A stretch of DNA of 64,000 bases from positions 15,462,419 through 15,526,418 of the forward strand of contig JAHRHZ010000082.1 in assembly GCA_024137785.1 (NCBI GenBank), written 5' to 3'. Made by a program: the position numbers and the translations under genes. The notes below the pieces were generated by a model. The model was not told where the DNA came from. It worked only from the letters and a program-made list of their open reading frames with translations, and made no database searches. The stretch is from Ginglymostoma cirratum (taxonomy: Eukaryota). Numbering within the stretch: position 1 is the first letter of the stretch; every line of letters begins with the position of its first letter. Below, one piece after another: positions 61,746 through 64,000 of this stretch.

Positions 61746-61781
61746 TTATAGCTGTACGTTATAGCTATAACGTAGCTATAA
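61746..61781. repeat. Palindrome (perfect 20-bp core at 61755-61774)
   Basis: ttatagc-tg-tacgttatagctataacgta-gctataa. Confidence 0.9.
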
Positions 61782-62541
61782 GCTTTAAACGTAGAAAAGC
61801 TTGGTGCACTTTCAGCCTATCACATCCGTGCAGAAATCATCCTAATGATTACTTTTGCTGTTTCATTTCTGATTGTGGTTCAGGGCCTCCTATTTAAGGA
61901 ACTAAATCAAACATTTCCAATTACAAATTTCATAATTCTCTTTTAAATAATACTTTTCATATTAAAAGCTTAGATTCAAATGCAATATCATCCAATCAGC
62001 TTCACAAAACTAATTGTCTACTGTGATGAAGATTTATACTTTACTTTTATTGTTATCGTTTGGAAATTTTAGATTCTGAAGTAGAGCTAAAGTAGGTTTT
62101 TGTTTTGTTTTAGAAAAGTTCAAAATGCATTTCTAAGTAAGTATGTGATTTAAGCTAAATGACTAGATATACTAGTGAGATAATTGCTGAAGTGCTTCAA
62201 AGTTTTCAGATTTTGCAACCTATAGAGAGAAACCAAGAGCCACAAGCAGGTTCAGTTCAGAAGAAAAGATCCATACAACCAGAACAGCAGTTTTAGCTTT
62301 GGCAGTCTTTGCTTTTTTTAAAATTTATTTATTCATAGGATGAAGGTGTCATAGACAGTAAATGCAAGTGTAGCCAGCAACCCCTATAACCTGTGAGCAA
62401 ATGTTTTTAAAAAGTAGATAAGGCTGGAAAAATCTTCCAAAGCTTTTCCTAAATTTCCAGTCAGAAAAATCAGTGACTTAGCCTGTGTCTGCATTTCCTC
62501 TGCTCACAAGAATCTTGCTTTTTAGGTATTTTCTAACTAAT

Positions 62542-62643
62542 CTGTTCAGAGATGTTATAATGTACTTCTGAAGCAGGTGGGACCTGAAACCAGGTTCTCT
62601 GGCTCAGAGGTAAGGAGCACTACCATTGTATCACAAGAGCCCT
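62542..62643 (-). mobile_element. Short tRNA-derived element (third family)
   Basis: Homologous to 51995-52105. Confidence 0.5.
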
Positions 62644-64000
62644 CGTGTCATGCTTTTTGCCACCCTCCCAATAATCATTCATTTTTCTGTGCACTGTACC
62701 GCTTACCCTTTCGTGAAACAGTTTAAGACCTCCTGAGTTTGTAAATTGCGCCTAATTTGTCAGTTTCCACTTCTATATATTAGTTCAGCTGGCTGGCCAG
62801 CTGGTTTGCGATGCACAATGATACCAACAGCACAGGTTCAGTTCACACTCTGACTGAGGTCACCATGAGCTACAGTGATAGGAATGGCAGGTGCAGTCAA
62901 GATAGTTTAACACTCAAATGGGAATTTGAGGGTTTGGTGGACCACAACAGTTGCCATTGCACTGGGCTGTGGCACGATGGGTTAAGTGGAGCTGCTGTGC
63001 ATTAGCAGTTTTGGATGAGCTCAGAAGAACATTGGAAAAGCCACCCCTTGAACAACAAAAGCATGGATGAGTGTTTCAGTAGCACATATATAGAGGCAGG
63101 AGTAGAAATTAATAACATTACAAGGATGCCCCTAATTTGGCATCAACAAACTACCAAATGCTTGGAAATGGTGGTTAGTTAACAAATCACTAAGATTACT
63201 GGAATAGAATAAAAGATGCTTTTATCAGCAGTTTGGGAAAAGAAATAGCATTTTACTTCTTTGCTTGCTTTGACTATCTCTTAACACTTGTAGCTACATC
63301 AACAGTGTCTGTGTGCCTTCATTGTAGTGCCTTCTCAAACACCTATCATGTTCTTTTCCATCAAAACAACGCAAATAACTACATAAAAGACCTCTTTTAA
63401 ATCCCCACGACATCCTGAACATTCACAAAATAATTCCTATCATTACAAAATGCTCAGTATTCAACTAGGCTGCACTTGCACTCCCAAATGCTAGAACATT
63501 CAGGAAACTCAACAGTCAGAATTTGTTACGCAGGAAAGATTCTGATTTGAGGTGGACAGTAGCAGAATGTCTTGTCCTCATTAACCAGTTGCCAGTTTGA
63601 ACACTTAAATATAGAATCATGTCTTAAGAACTATAGTAACCTGCATTGGTCTATTTAAAGGAAGTAATTCAAGTGCCACCGTGGTACTTCAAATGCCAGT
63701 ATAATAGCAGAGTTGTAAATGGATCCTAGTTGTCTGAGTGTTGTTTACTTGTTGCAAGTAAGCAGTAATACAAAAAAAAACTGTTGTAGAAAAGGAGCTG
63801 GTAGAAACTACGCCCAGGCCAAAAGACTTTGAACTCCAACCATGCAAATACTTTGAACTCCAACTGTGTAAAATTTGATATCTGCTTTGACAAGAGCAAC
63901 GTGACTGGTTTCATCTGCAAAGTGCTATCTATTGTCTTTTCTCTCCTTTCCCAGTTTTCTATTTCTGCTTTACTGCAAGGAACTCATGTTCCTTTGACTT

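Noticed and set aside
63826-63864. 15-bp direct repeat actttgaactccaac (2 copies, period 24)
   Set aside because: Too short to interpret; an ordinary micro-duplication.
57700-64000. Search for the CENPX penultimate exon (...EK.LPQL|gt)
   Set aside because: Candidates near 58065, 62480 and 63300 have in-frame stops or no similarity.

Overview
Eukaryotic, AT-rich, repeat-dense vertebrate DNA. The repeat set (HE1/V-SINE-type tRNA SINEs, CR1, L2, DeuSINE-like and many Penelope-like elements) points to a cartilaginous fish, probably a shark; this is an inference. The + strand carries the last four coding exons of ASPSCR1 (TUG/UBXN9): 17922-17973, 22127-22196, 27988-28166 and 35668-35678. They splice in frame to ...ANLFPAALVHFG...KVPKWFKLSGKR*, with AATAAA at 35871. 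The - strand carries a probable last coding exon of CENPX (LLDF*, 57611-57625) with its 3' UTR, matching the tail-to-tail arrangement known in human. The rest is intron or intergenic DNA full of retroelement relics, including a multi-layer CR1 nest (40.5-47.3 kb), a solo LTR and a decayed tRNA-Ser(GCT) copy. The most striking pattern is in the Penelope-like (RT + GIY-YIG) relics. Their ends carry minimal hammerhead-ribozyme motifs from several families with covarying stem II. At least seven insertions share one fold-back architecture: two element 3' ends point outward, only one arm carries the ~30-35 nt terminal tail, and the whole is flanked by a 10-17 bp target-site duplication. Three assembly gaps are present, two of them inside such fold-backs. 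Exon and TSD coordinates were counted by hand; repeat boundaries are approximate and family names come from recognition, not database search.
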